In this document: in pieces, positions 1 through 8,436 of the stretch
Layout: each line of letters opens with the position of its first letter
Numbering within the stretch: the first letter of the stretch is position 1
Assembly (NCBI GenBank): GCA_039586365.1
Contig: JBDHKN010000080.1
Location: 1 to 20,228, forward strand
Source of the DNA: Gemmatimonadota bacterium
Lineage (GTDB): Bacteria > Gemmatimonadota > Gemmatimonadetes > Gemmatimonadales > GWC2-71-9
DNA: 20,228 bases
Direction of reading: 5' to 3'
Position numbers and translations under genes: made by a program
The notes under the pieces: generated by a model
The model's input: only the letters and a program-made list of their open reading frames with translations
Told to the model about the DNA's origin: nothing
The model's database searches: none

Positions 1-114
1 TCACAGGCGACACTCCGGCCTCGGTCAGCTCTCACCGCTCAACTACGAAAGGAAACACCAAAAGGCAGCTTGATTCTCAAACCCAAAACTGTCCACTAAA
101 CGGGGACAACTCCA
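1..114 (+). mobile_element. Right end of an IS3-family insertion sequence, with terminal inverted repeat at about 89-114
   Basis: CTGTCCACTAAACGGGGACAACTCCA follows shortly after the transposase stop and ends in the canonical CA-3' of IS3-family right ends. Confidence 0.8.
2..73 (+). CDS. IS3-family transposase (OrfB, integrase core), C-terminal fragment cut by the window edge
   Basis: Frame from nt 2 reads HRRHSGLGQLSPLNYERKHQKAA*, matching the RRHSxLGYxSPxxYE C-terminal signature of IS3-family transposases. Not in the supplied ORF track. Confidence 0.85.
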   Translation, partial: HRRHSGLGQLSPLNYERKHQKAA

Positions 115-615
115 TCGGGGGGCTCTCACGCTGACTTTGGGCGCGCTGGACTCGGCCTGTCCCAAGACCAAGCTGCCCCGAGTATTGACACAGCTGGTGC
201 TGCGGCATTCCGTTACCGCGCTAGCGTGATCAGAGCCTTAGGCGTGAAAAGCGCGCTTGAGAAACCGTGTCTGACGCATCGTGTCGCTTCGGTGGCCAAA
301 CCACCGTTCTTGCGTTGGGTCAGCACCAACGGTGTACTGCACGCGTTTGTCATCACACTGACTGCTTCTCTAGCAATTCTGTGACCGACGGTGGTCTCGT
401 GTGACCGGTTCAGCTAGATCACGGCTTGCCGTATAGCCTGTATCGGCATGCGCCTCAAGGAACCCGCCCCTGGGTCTGAGCGGTTGCCCGGCAGACAGGG
501 GAACATTGGACCGGGTATGCCTGTACTTGCTTGGTCGACCCTGAGGACGGCCTCGACTCGGTCAAGACGATCTGTCACGTTGCCGACTCGCAATTCGCAA
601 CTCAAAGGAGGTTGG

Positions 616-996
616 ATGAGAGGCTTGATGTTGACTGTTGGTGCAGTCCTTCTCGTAGCATGTGGGTCGAATGCAACCCATATCGCCGCAATCAGCGTCT
701 ACGAGTTGCCGCACGAAGAGCAATACGAAATCAGAAGTGTGAGAGTCTTCGATCTAGATCAGCTCATGGGCGTGGAATTCGAGGTTTTGGGTGCTGTCGA
801 AGGAGTCTCCTGCGGGCGCCAGGCTTGGGTGCTGGGGCAGAATGTCGTTGCTGTGGAACAGCTCAAGTACTACGCCTGGACCATGGGGGCTAATGGCCTG
901 ACGAATATCCAATACACCTCCCGTGAGGGATACTCGGATTGCACGGAGCTGGTTGAAGCGATTGGGGACGCGATATGGGTATCGGACTCTAAATAG
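616..996 (+). CDS. RcsF-like lipoprotein (126 aa)
   Basis: AAGGAGG SD before ATG616; signal peptide with lipobox LVAC. The segment FEVLGAVEGVSC...EQLKYYAWTMGANGL...DC..VEAIGDAI parallels the RcsF/YbjQ-like pattern. Confidence 0.7.
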   Translation: MRGLMLTVGAVLLVACGSNATHIAAISVYELPHEEQYEIRSVRVFDLDQLMGVEFEVLGAVEGVSCGRQAWVLGQNVVAVEQLKYYAWTMGANGLTNIQYTSREGYSDCTELVEAIGDAIWVSDSK

Positions 997-1145
997 CCTG
1001 GTTCTTCATCAATTCGGGTCCCCAGCGTCATGTACTCACGGGGACGCTCGGCAATAACCCCGGGTGATGCCACGGGCGCAGCAAGATGAGAGCGGCTGCA
1101 ATTGCAGTTGCTTGCTGTCCCCTCCTGATCTCTGACTAGCCGCGT

Positions 1146-1487
1146 CTACGGCTCCCACAACCCTCGAAGGATCTCCGGCCAGGCAGCTGGCTCTACCCAG
1201 ACCTCCTTGTGCACTGTCGTGCCACCTCTGTCAATGATGTATGCGCTGTTGGGGAGGTATCCGTACGCCTCTCTGACCGAGTTGTCCATGTTGTCTATAA
1301 CCACCGTAGTGGCAATCTTCAATTCGTCGCACGCCTTCTGGGCCAAAGTCTTCCGCTGCTCCATGGTCACGGGCTGCTCAATCTCTAAGAAGTCCATCTG
1401 GCCGGCGTGCGCCTCGCGCTGGTACAGAACGATGAAAGTGACTCGGTCGTCAAACTCCTCCCGGATCCTGCACTGACAGATCGACAA
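1146..1487 (-). pseudogene. Iodothyronine deiodinase-like (thioredoxin-fold) protein, C-terminal half only
   Basis: Motifs DRVTFIVLYQREAH, QPVTMEQRKTLA and VVIDNMDNSVREAYGYLPNSAYIID are typical of deiodinase-like proteins. The N-terminal GSx[TS](U/C)PPF catalytic region is missing and there is no room for it before the upstream gene. Confidence 0.65.
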
Positions 1488-1541
1488 CCTACTGCGGCCA
1501 CGCCACGATACTGCAGCTCACGGCCGGTGGGTCAAAGTCTA

Positions 1542-4130
1542 TCAGTTCCACCACCCCTCCCACCAGTTGTATCCCAAATCCAACCGCCTGAGCCATTCCA
1601 TAGCCGGCTCTCCAATGGGGGCACCAGGTGGAGGGGACAACGTCTCCGGTTGTGAGAAGCTGGCCGCTGGCCGCTCGAGGAACCGGCTGATGTCTCGTGA
1701 CATCAATCCATAGTGTGCGGCATCCGCGTCACCTGCCAGGTATGTCATTCCCTCGAAGTCGTCTCGCAATCGTTCGAGTTGTAGCGAAGCTATGGCCCTG
1801 ACCTGCGGCATTGGGGCGTTCCCGGCCAAGGTCATGAGGTAATCGATGACGACTCGCTCAACTGCCCGTTTGACCTCTACCTCGTACGGATTCTCTGTGT
1901 TGGCCCCGAACGTCGCGGCGTCAAGTTCGTCAATCACTGTAACCAATCCAGGTAGCGATTGATCTAGCATGCGCTGCTCTACCAGCCGGGCTGCGCGTTG
2001 GGAATCCAGGATGCTCGAAACAGTATGGTATGCCGCAACAACTGCAGGAGTGATCGCGTCGAAAATCAGTCCGGTGTAACGAGGGAACAGCTCGCGGGTC
2101 CGCCCATATCCCGGAGGACGAGGCGGTAGTCTTTCGAGAAGGCCAGTGGGGAGCACCAGCTCCGAAGGCTTCAGAGTGGCGAGCAGGGCTTCGAGTGCGG
2201 CCTCTTGCTCGTCTGCTGGCACTGGGCGCAGGGGCTCGCGTCCATCGCCTCGCATCGCGTAGACGTAGTGCATTCCACCCAAGGCAGACGCAGCCGCAGT
2301 CACTTGGTAACGGTGGTGCATGTAAAGGGGGACCAAGACCTCTTCCATCGTAGCCAAAGGCACATCGCGCTTGATCGCATTCTCACCGAAGCGGGACAAT
2401 GCCACACGACGAACTTCCATCATCCGGTTCAACTCGGCCGCCGGATCTGTACCGTTAGACCATTGGTCGACCCGGGGGTGCGCGTCAGCGTCTTGACCGG
2501 TGAGGTAGATGATGTCACGGTCCCACGCTTGTTCGATCATGGCTCCGAGAGCTCGGGCCTCATCGGTTCCGTCTGGAAAGTCCTGGTAGCCGTACGCGAT
2601 CGTGACGTCGTCCCACTCACCCATGCCCACGTCGTAGACCTCGGAATGGTCGAACGTTCCGTCACGATTGAGTGTGATCAGTGGATGGGGATAATCCATG
2701 ACCGAGATCCGTCCGGCACGGCTATCGTAGTAGTTGTGGCCCAGCCCCAGTGTGTGCCCCACCTCGTGGGCGGACAGCTGGCGAATCCGCGCAAGCGCCC
2801 ACTCGGCCAACTCAGGTGCTGTCTCGTCACCGTTGCGGTAAGGAGAAAGAAGCCCTTCAGCTATCATGTAGTCCTGGCGGATGCGTCGCGAACCGAGTGT
2901 CACGACACCCTTGATGATCTCTCCGGTACGAGGATCGGTTACCGATCCGCCGGTGCTCCACCCTCGCGTGGAACGGTGCACCCAGTTTATCACGTTGTAG
3001 CGGGCGTCGAGTGGGCTGACACTGTCCGGTCTCAACTCAACCTGAAAGGCGTTGCGATAACCAGCCGCCTCAAAAGCCTGATTCCACCAGCGCGCACCCT
3101 CCAACAACGCCGAACGAATCGGTTCTGGAGCGCCAGGATCCAAGTAGTAGACGATGGGCCTTACCGCCTCACTCACACGCGCGCCGGGATCGACCTTTTC
3201 GAGTCGGTGCCGCCGGATGAAACGTTTGGTCATCGACTCGCCAAGAGGAACGGAATAATCCTCGTAGGTTATCGCCCCGTATCCAGCACGAGGATCGTAC
3301 GGCCGTGGTTCATAGTTGTCATCGGGCAGCTCAATGAAGGATTGGTGCACCCGAATGCTCGCTGCCTCGCCCGTGGCGGCAACGTTGCCTACTCCCTCGA
3401 GTGATCCTCCACCAAAACCACCGAAGCCGCCGCCACCGCTACCCGGTTGGCGGGTGAAAGTGAGTTCTGTTTCGATCTCGGTGTTCTTTGGGAAGCCTTT
3501 GGTCATGGGTAGGTAGACCGAGCTCCGGTCAGCGTCGAATCGGTACGTTCCAGGTCGCAGACGCTGACCGATCTCCGTAGCGTCACGCACGAGAAAATCA
3601 GTCATGTCGACCAACAGAGCTTCTCCGGTCTCAGCGGCCGCGGTGAAGCCCCACAGAACTGAGCGCGCGAACGCATCAGTGACAGCGCGCACTTCGGCAG
3701 GGTTGTCGCTGTGCGCCCGAAAGCGGTAGTTGGGCTGTACCATCAGGATCCTGCGTCCCACCCTTTCGAATTTGACGATGCGCGAGCCGGCGAGTTGGCC
3801 GCGGTCGATCCCGATGTCGTTGGAGCCAAGCCCGGCGCCTATGCCCAAGATATGCAGGACCTCGGTGTCCAAGCGATTGATCTCCATCCAGAGACGGCCA
3901 GGTCCGTCATCCCAGTAGAGCGGCAGGAATCCGTCTATCTGTCGCATCCCGGCCGTCTTTTCCGCAATCGATGGTAGTGGTCCCTGGGCCTCGTCGCCGC
4001 GCGCCTGGGCAGCACCAGTAGCCGAAATTGCCAGTGTCATGAGAGAGACCGTGGCGAAGACCATGCCGATCAGGGTGGCCTGGGGCCGCGGTGCACAGTC
4101 GTGGCGCAACCTGGTCGTGAATCCGGACAT
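1542..4130 (-). CDS. Secreted zinc-dependent metalloprotease (DUF5117/DUF4953, EcxA-like metzincin)
   Basis: 862 aa; GGAGG SD; signal-peptide-like N-terminus; HEVGHTLGLGHN zinc motif; Met-turn SVMDY; DPRTGEIIKG and PPGAPIG family motifs. Confidence 0.9.
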   Translation of the reverse strand: MSGFTTRLRHDCAPRPQATLIGMVFATVSLMTLAISATGAAQARGDEAQGPLPSIAEKTAGMRQIDGFLPLYWDDGPGRLWMEINRLDTEVLHILGIGAGLGSNDIGIDRGQLAGSRIVKFERVGRRILMVQPNYRFRAHSDNPAEVRAVTDAFARSVLWGFTAAAETGEALLVDMTDFLVRDATEIGQRLRPGTYRFDADRSSVYLPMTKGFPKNTEIETELTFTRQPGSGGGGFGGFGGGSLEGVGNVAATGEAASIRVHQSFIELPDDNYEPRPYDPRAGYGAITYEDYSVPLGESMTKRFIRRHRLEKVDPGARVSEAVRPIVYYLDPGAPEPIRSALLEGARWWNQAFEAAGYRNAFQVELRPDSVSPLDARYNVINWVHRSTRGWSTGGSVTDPRTGEIIKGVVTLGSRRIRQDYMIAEGLLSPYRNGDETAPELAEWALARIRQLSAHEVGHTLGLGHNYYDSRAGRISVMDYPHPLITLNRDGTFDHSEVYDVGMGEWDDVTIAYGYQDFPDGTDEARALGAMIEQAWDRDIIYLTGQDADAHPRVDQWSNGTDPAAELNRMMEVRRVALSRFGENAIKRDVPLATMEEVLVPLYMHHRYQVTAAASALGGMHYVYAMRGDGREPLRPVPADEQEAALEALLATLKPSELVLPTGLLERLPPRPPGYGRTRELFPRYTGLIFDAITPAVVAAYHTVSSILDSQRAARLVEQRMLDQSLPGLVTVIDELDAATFGANTENPYEVEVKRAVERVVIDYLMTLAGNAPMPQVRAIASLQLERLRDDFEGMTYLAGDADAAHYGLMSRDISRFLERPAASFSQPETLSPPPGAPIGEPAMEWLRRLDLGYNWWEGWWN

Positions 4131-4259
4131 GATTACCTCCTCGGAGGTGGATTAACTCGCAATCCGTCAGTTAGCACAAAGGCATCTATTCTCTGACCCG
4201 CGCGTCGACATTGGAGTGCTCGATCAAGTGCCCGCGCACACATCATCTTCAGGTGAGCC

Positions 4260-5795
4260 CTAGAAGAACAGCCAATATAGCAGTCCAGTAGTCACGATGA
4301 CGCCGGCACATAGTAGATCGAACAACAGGTCTCTTTCGGGCCTCTGGATCGCAACGCCTGCCGTTTCAGCCGGAAAGCTGGTTGCACCAAACCGGGCCGT
4401 CTGAGTCGTGGCCACCAAGAGCATCGCCAACAGCAGCGCAGCCATCCACATCTGGTCAAGGAAGGCGAAGCCAGGTGCTATCAACTTCACGCCTATCGTA
4501 GCTGGGAGAGTGGCAGCCATTACCATGGCTGCAGCTGGAGCAGTAGCACGGCGCCAGAATAACCCACCTAGGAAGACAACTGCGACACCAGGCGTTATCA
4601 GTCCCCAAAACTCCTGAATGTAGCTGAACACACGCTCAAACCGGAGCAGGAACGGGGACCAAGCAGCAGCGATCACTAGGAACAAGCCGGTGCTGAGCCG
4701 ACCCACAGCTATGAGGTGTTTCTGAGAACTGTTAGGTCGCATCCAGCGCTGGTATAGGTCTATCGTGAAGATAGTGGCTGCGGAGTTGAGCATTGAGTCG
4801 AGGCTCGACATTATGGCTGCGAGTAACGCAGCGAACATCAGACCGGTGAGGCCGCTTGGTAGCAGACGCTGCAGCAACAAGGGATAGGCCATGTCCGAAC
4901 GCTGCAGTTCGTCGGCGTAGAGAAGCCAAGCAATGATCCCCGGAATTACGATTATGAACGGAATCAACAACTTGATGTAGGCCGCAAACACTATCCCATA
5001 ACGTCCTTGAACCACATTCCTCGCGGCCAGTGTTCGCTGAGTGATAAACTGATTGCAGCCCCAATAAAAGATGTTGGCGATCCACAGCCCTCCGAAGAAG
5101 ATGGCGAACCAGGGGAGCTCCGGATGGTCCAAGGGCAGCACGGTGTGGAACTTGTCACCAGCCTGCGCCATTAATGCGCCCCATCCACCAATCGCTCGTA
5201 GCCCTATGACTGTAGTGATCACACCACCCAGGAGTAGCATAGTTCCTTGGACGAGGTCCGACCACACCACTGCTTTCAGACCTCCATACGCAGTGTAAGC
5301 CCCGGCGAATACGGCGAGAATTGCAATGCCCCAACCCAACGGGAGATCGAAGATTGTCTGTAGGGCAAGTCCTCCGGAGTATAGCACGGTGGCTATTGCG
5401 ACGAAGACGTAGGCGAGCAGCATGTAGAAAGCGAGCCAACTGCGCGATCTCACGTCGAAGCGTTCCTCTAAGTACTGCGGCATGGTCGTAATGCCGAGTG
5501 CGAGGAACTTCGGTAAGAACCACCGAGCCACGACGACCAGTGTAATGGCAGCCATCCACTCGAAAGAGGCTATTGCCAGGCCAAAGTCTACGCCTGAGCC
5601 GGCCATGCCGACGAAATGCTCTGTAGAGATATTGCTGGCGATCAAGCTGATTCCAATGATCCACCACGGAAGGGACCGTCCAGCGAGGAAGTAGTCTGCT
5701 GCAACCCGTTCTCGGCGTGAAGCCAAGACTGCCACAAGGCCGACCACGAGGAAGTATGCGAGAAACGCGACAGTGTCAAAGTGAGAGAAGCTCAA
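4260..5795 (-). CDS. Sodium:solute symporter (SSS/SLC5, vSGLT-like probable sugar transporter)
   Basis: YFLAGRSLPWW, SLIASNISTEHFVGMAGSG, GGLKAVVWSD, YWGCNQFITQR and AAIMSSLDSMLNS motifs; many TM segments; TTG start. Confidence 0.93.
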   Translation of the reverse strand: MSFSHFDTVAFLAYFLVVGLVAVLASRRERVAADYFLAGRSLPWWIIGISLIASNISTEHFVGMAGSGVDFGLAIASFEWMAAITLVVVARWFLPKFLALGITTMPQYLEERFDVRSRSWLAFYMLLAYVFVAIATVLYSGGLALQTIFDLPLGWGIAILAVFAGAYTAYGGLKAVVWSDLVQGTMLLLGGVITTVIGLRAIGGWGALMAQAGDKFHTVLPLDHPELPWFAIFFGGLWIANIFYWGCNQFITQRTLAARNVVQGRYGIVFAAYIKLLIPFIIVIPGIIAWLLYADELQRSDMAYPLLLQRLLPSGLTGLMFAALLAAIMSSLDSMLNSAATIFTIDLYQRWMRPNSSQKHLIAVGRLSTGLFLVIAAAWSPFLLRFERVFSYIQEFWGLITPGVAVVFLGGLFWRRATAPAAAMVMAATLPATIGVKLIAPGFAFLDQMWMAALLLAMLLVATTQTARFGATSFPAETAGVAIQRPERDLLFDLLCAGVIVTTGLLYWLFF

Positions 5796-6036
5796 CCTGA
5801 TTATGACCTCGCTCAGACAGGTGTAGAGGAATCTACGATCCAGGAGTTTGTGGGGAATAGGTCAGTTCGCAGATTGGATACCCACGAAATGGGAGTTCGT
5901 GGTTCCACACGCAACAGAACTGGTATTGACAAGGAGCGACAAGTCGTAAAGGTTAGCGAAACTTGGGCCATGCTCGGTCGAGGGCCAGTCGCGCGACCGG
6001 TGACGCAATCAGCAGGCAACACAGGAGCAGGTTGGC

Positions 6037-6258
6037 ATGAACAACGGTAAGGTGAAGTGGTTCAACAGTGCGAAGGGCTTCGGCTTCATAGAGCGGGACG
6101 GTGGCCCAGATGTCTTTGTTCACTATACCGCAATCGACGGAGCAGGTTTCCGCACCCTGGCGGAAGGGGATCCGGTTGAGTTCGATGTAGAGGAGGGACC
6201 GAAGGGTCTTCACGCTACGAACGTGAAGAAGCTTGAGGTAGACCGCGCACCGGAGTAG
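6037..6258 (+). CDS. cspA: Cold-shock protein (CspA family)
   Basis: [15 protein letters not shown] (RNP1), DVFVHY (RNP2), [17 protein letters not shown]. The exact paralog name is uncertain. Confidence 0.95.
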   Translation: MNNGKVKWFNSAKGFGFIERDGGPDVFVHYTAIDGAGFRTLAEGDPVEFDVEEGPKGLHATNVKKLEVDRAPE

Positions 6259-6339
6259 TCCAGCCAACTCCCGCCTGTCTCAGTGAGTGCCAGCGTTGCA
6301 TTGCACCGGCCTTGTTCCCAGCGTGTCCCGTGCGTCGGT

Positions 6340-6750
6340 CTAGCTGTTGTCCCGTCTTACGATCTTGAATTCAACCGACCAATTGCCTGAGAAATCCCAC
6401 GGTTCATATCCTTCGCGCTCGATGATCGTCAAACCAGACGTAGCTTCGATGACACATGCAACCAGGTCTGGGTTACCAGTATCGTTGAAGGAGACCTCAG
6501 GTCGCAGGTGACCACCACCGCCCTGTAGCCGCAATCCTATAGTACCCTGAGTTGAGCGGTTACTTCGCAGCGCCTTCACGTAACACGCTTCAAATCTTGG
6601 ATCTAGTTGGCTCAGTTGGAGAGACAGGAAGTCAGCATCCACCTGGCCCTCTACCACGAGCTCACCGAACTCAACGGTGCCGAACTGCGCTCCTCCTCCG
6701 CACGAGGAGGAAAGGAGCCAGCAAGCTGCTGCCAGACTGATGAGACGCAT
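6340..6750 (-). CDS. Putative lipoprotein with AgmX/PglI C-terminal (TonB-C-like) domain
   Basis: MRLISLAAACWLLSSSC signal/lipobox-like N-terminus. FEACYVKALRSNRSTQGTI...LVACV matches the two-Cys AgmX/PglI-C pattern. Alternative start at ATG6807. Confidence 0.6.
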   Translation of the reverse strand: MRLISLAAACWLLSSSCGGGAQFGTVEFGELVVEGQVDADFLSLQLSQLDPRFEACYVKALRSNRSTQGTIGLRLQGGGGHLRPEVSFNDTGNPDLVACVIEATSGLTIIEREGYEPWDFSGNWSVEFKIVRRDNS

Positions 6751-6809
6751 CTGCCACGCTCGGTAAAGGGAATGGGATGGAAAGCGCAACTGCCCGCCAG
6801 TATGCATCC

Positions 6810-8150
6810 CTACTGCAGCGGCTCTAACCGCGCGGTGAAGTGTCGCAGTACTTGCGCTTCGTAGGTGATCCTCAGACCGCCAATTGAATCCCGCTTCTGA
6901 TATAGACTGCTTGCGACCTCCGCGACGTATTCCAGGTGGCTGCGGGTATATACTCGTCGCGGAACGGCAAGTCTGACTAGTTCGAGTTCCGGCCAGTTGC
7001 CACTCGAACCGAACATCAAACCGCCTATCTCTACTCCTCTAATCCCTCCTTCGAGGTAGAGGGCGCACGTGAGTGCTTGAGCAGGGAACTGTTCCTGGTG
7101 GATCTGGGGTAGAAAACGCCTGGCATCAAGGTACACCGCATGACCACCTATCGGCAGAAGTACCGGCACCCCTCCTGCACAAAGAGCTTCGCCGAATTCA
7201 CGTACCTGCCCTATGCGATGGGCCAGGTAGCGCTCGTCCAGCACCTCCTCTAATCCTTGCGCCATTGCCTCTAGATCGCGACCGGCCAACCCTCCATAAG
7301 TGGGGAAGCCCTCAATCAAAATGAGCATGTTAGTCACCTTGTCCTTCATTTCACCATCGTTCAAAGCGACAAAGCCGCCCATATTGACGAGCCCATCTTT
7401 CTTGGCCGACATCGTACACCCATCGGCCAGGTCGAAAAACTGGCGGACTATTTCTGGAATGCTGGTGTCCAGATTGCCTCTCGTTTTGGCGAAGTAAGCG
7501 TTCTCAGCGAAGCGACACGCGTCGTAGAAGAACGGGATGCCGTTGTTACGACACCATTCAGAGACCTGCCTGGCATTCTCAAGACTGACAGGCTGACCAC
7601 CACCTGAGTTGTTGGTGATCGTCAGGAGAACCAACGGGATCTTTTGTCGGCCGACTTTGGAAAGGACACGGTCCAGTTTTGCTAGGTCCATGTTGCCTTT
7701 GAATGGTACGTCCGCTAACGGATCGTACGCCTCGTCGATCACGCAATCGACTGCTTCGCCGCCGTTGTGCTCTATGTTTGCCCGGGTGGTGTCGAAATGG
7801 ATATTGTTCGGGACGTGATCTCCAGGGCGTACGCAGTTGGAGAACAACAGGTTCTCGGCCACGCGTCCTTGGTGCATCGGGATAACGTGCTTGTAACCAG
7901 TTATCCGTCTGACCGTGTCCTCGAAGCGAAAGTAGTTTTGGCTACCTGCATATGATTCGTCGCCCACCATTAGACCGGCCCACTGTCGGTCAGACATCGC
8001 TGACGTTCCAGAGTCGGTCAGTAGGTCGATCGTGATGAGCCTGGCCGGAATGTTGAAGAGGTTATACCCTGCCTCGCGAAGAGCTGATTCCCTTTCGGAA
8101 CGGGTACTAAACGGGATCGACTCGACGGCTTTGATCTTGAAAGGTTCCAT
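6810..8150 (-). CDS. tnaA: Tryptophanase (beta-eliminating lyase family)
   Basis: EPFKIKAVE, IDLLTDSGT, GDESYAGS, TITNNSGGGQPVS, PLP-lysine motif MSAKKDGLVNMGG (SAKKD is TnaA-type, SGKKD is tyrosine phenol-lyase), EGFPTYGGLAGRD, LRHFTARL. Start at ATG8150 or TTG8156. Confidence 0.88.
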   Translation of the reverse strand: MEPFKIKAVESIPFSTRSERESALREAGYNLFNIPARLITIDLLTDSGTSAMSDRQWAGLMVGDESYAGSQNYFRFEDTVRRITGYKHVIPMHQGRVAENLLFSNCVRPGDHVPNNIHFDTTRANIEHNGGEAVDCVIDEAYDPLADVPFKGNMDLAKLDRVLSKVGRQKIPLVLLTITNNSGGGQPVSLENARQVSEWCRNNGIPFFYDACRFAENAYFAKTRGNLDTSIPEIVRQFFDLADGCTMSAKKDGLVNMGGFVALNDGEMKDKVTNMLILIEGFPTYGGLAGRDLEAMAQGLEEVLDERYLAHRIGQVREFGEALCAGGVPVLLPIGGHAVYLDARRFLPQIHQEQFPAQALTCALYLEGGIRGVEIGGLMFGSSGNWPELELVRLAVPRRVYTRSHLEYVAEVASSLYQKRDSIGGLRITYEAQVLRHFTARLEPLQ

Positions 8151-8290
8151 GATCAAGACAAGTTACCTGCAATAGTCGCTGGATGCAGCCGTTGTGGCCA
8201 GCCGGGTTCCTGCCGTCTAGCCGACGCCTCTCAACTCGGTGAGACAGGGGTCGTACAACTGACGGATGGGGCGATCCCGTAACTGCACGC

Positions 8291-8321
8291 TTGACAATTA
8301 TCTGGGACAAATACTTATATT
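8291..8321 (+). promoter_or_regulatory. Sigma70-type promoter for the regulator-feoB operon
   Basis: Perfect TTGACA at 8291-8296 and AT-rich TTATATT at 8315-8321 (spacer 18-19), in an AT-rich patch of a GC-rich genome. Confidence 0.55.
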
Positions 8322-8334
8322 AGGGAGAGCTAAT
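8319..8334. promoter_or_regulatory. Putative DtxR/MntR/SirR-family operator
   Basis: Inverted repeat ATTAG-GGAGAG-CTAAT has the TTAG-N6-CTAA geometry of SirR/MntR boxes and overlaps the -10/+1 region upstream of a DtxR-family gene. Confidence 0.55.
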
Positions 8335-8436
8335 TCTTGCAGTATTGGTCCTCTGCCGACTGGTAGCCACAAGGCTATCTGGGGCGATCCGACCAGTGAC
8401 CGACTGCTCTTCTGTCTGACCTACTTTGGTGTGCTC

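Noticed and set aside
115..384. Stop-free frame of 89 codons right after the IS end, a possible interrupted gene
   Set aside because: No recognisable motif and no GC3 bias; cannot be supported.
448..615. N-terminal extension of the lipoprotein ORF
   Set aside because: The strong SD and lipoprotein signal peptide place the start at 616.
1518..1544. Readthrough fusion of the protease into the deiodinase-like ORF (same frame)
   Set aside because: Would need to pass TGA, TAG and a second TGA.
2205..3404. 399-aa plus-strand ORF
   Set aside because: Lies entirely antisense to the metalloprotease and has no recognisable motifs; a typical shadow ORF in GC-rich DNA.
5926..5954. TTGACA upstream of the csp gene
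   Set aside because: No convincing -10 at 16-18 bp spacing, so not reported as a promoter.
8266..8436. N-terminal extension of the DtxR-family ORF
   Set aside because: Runs through the promoter/operator and is not protein-like; ATG8437 is preferred.
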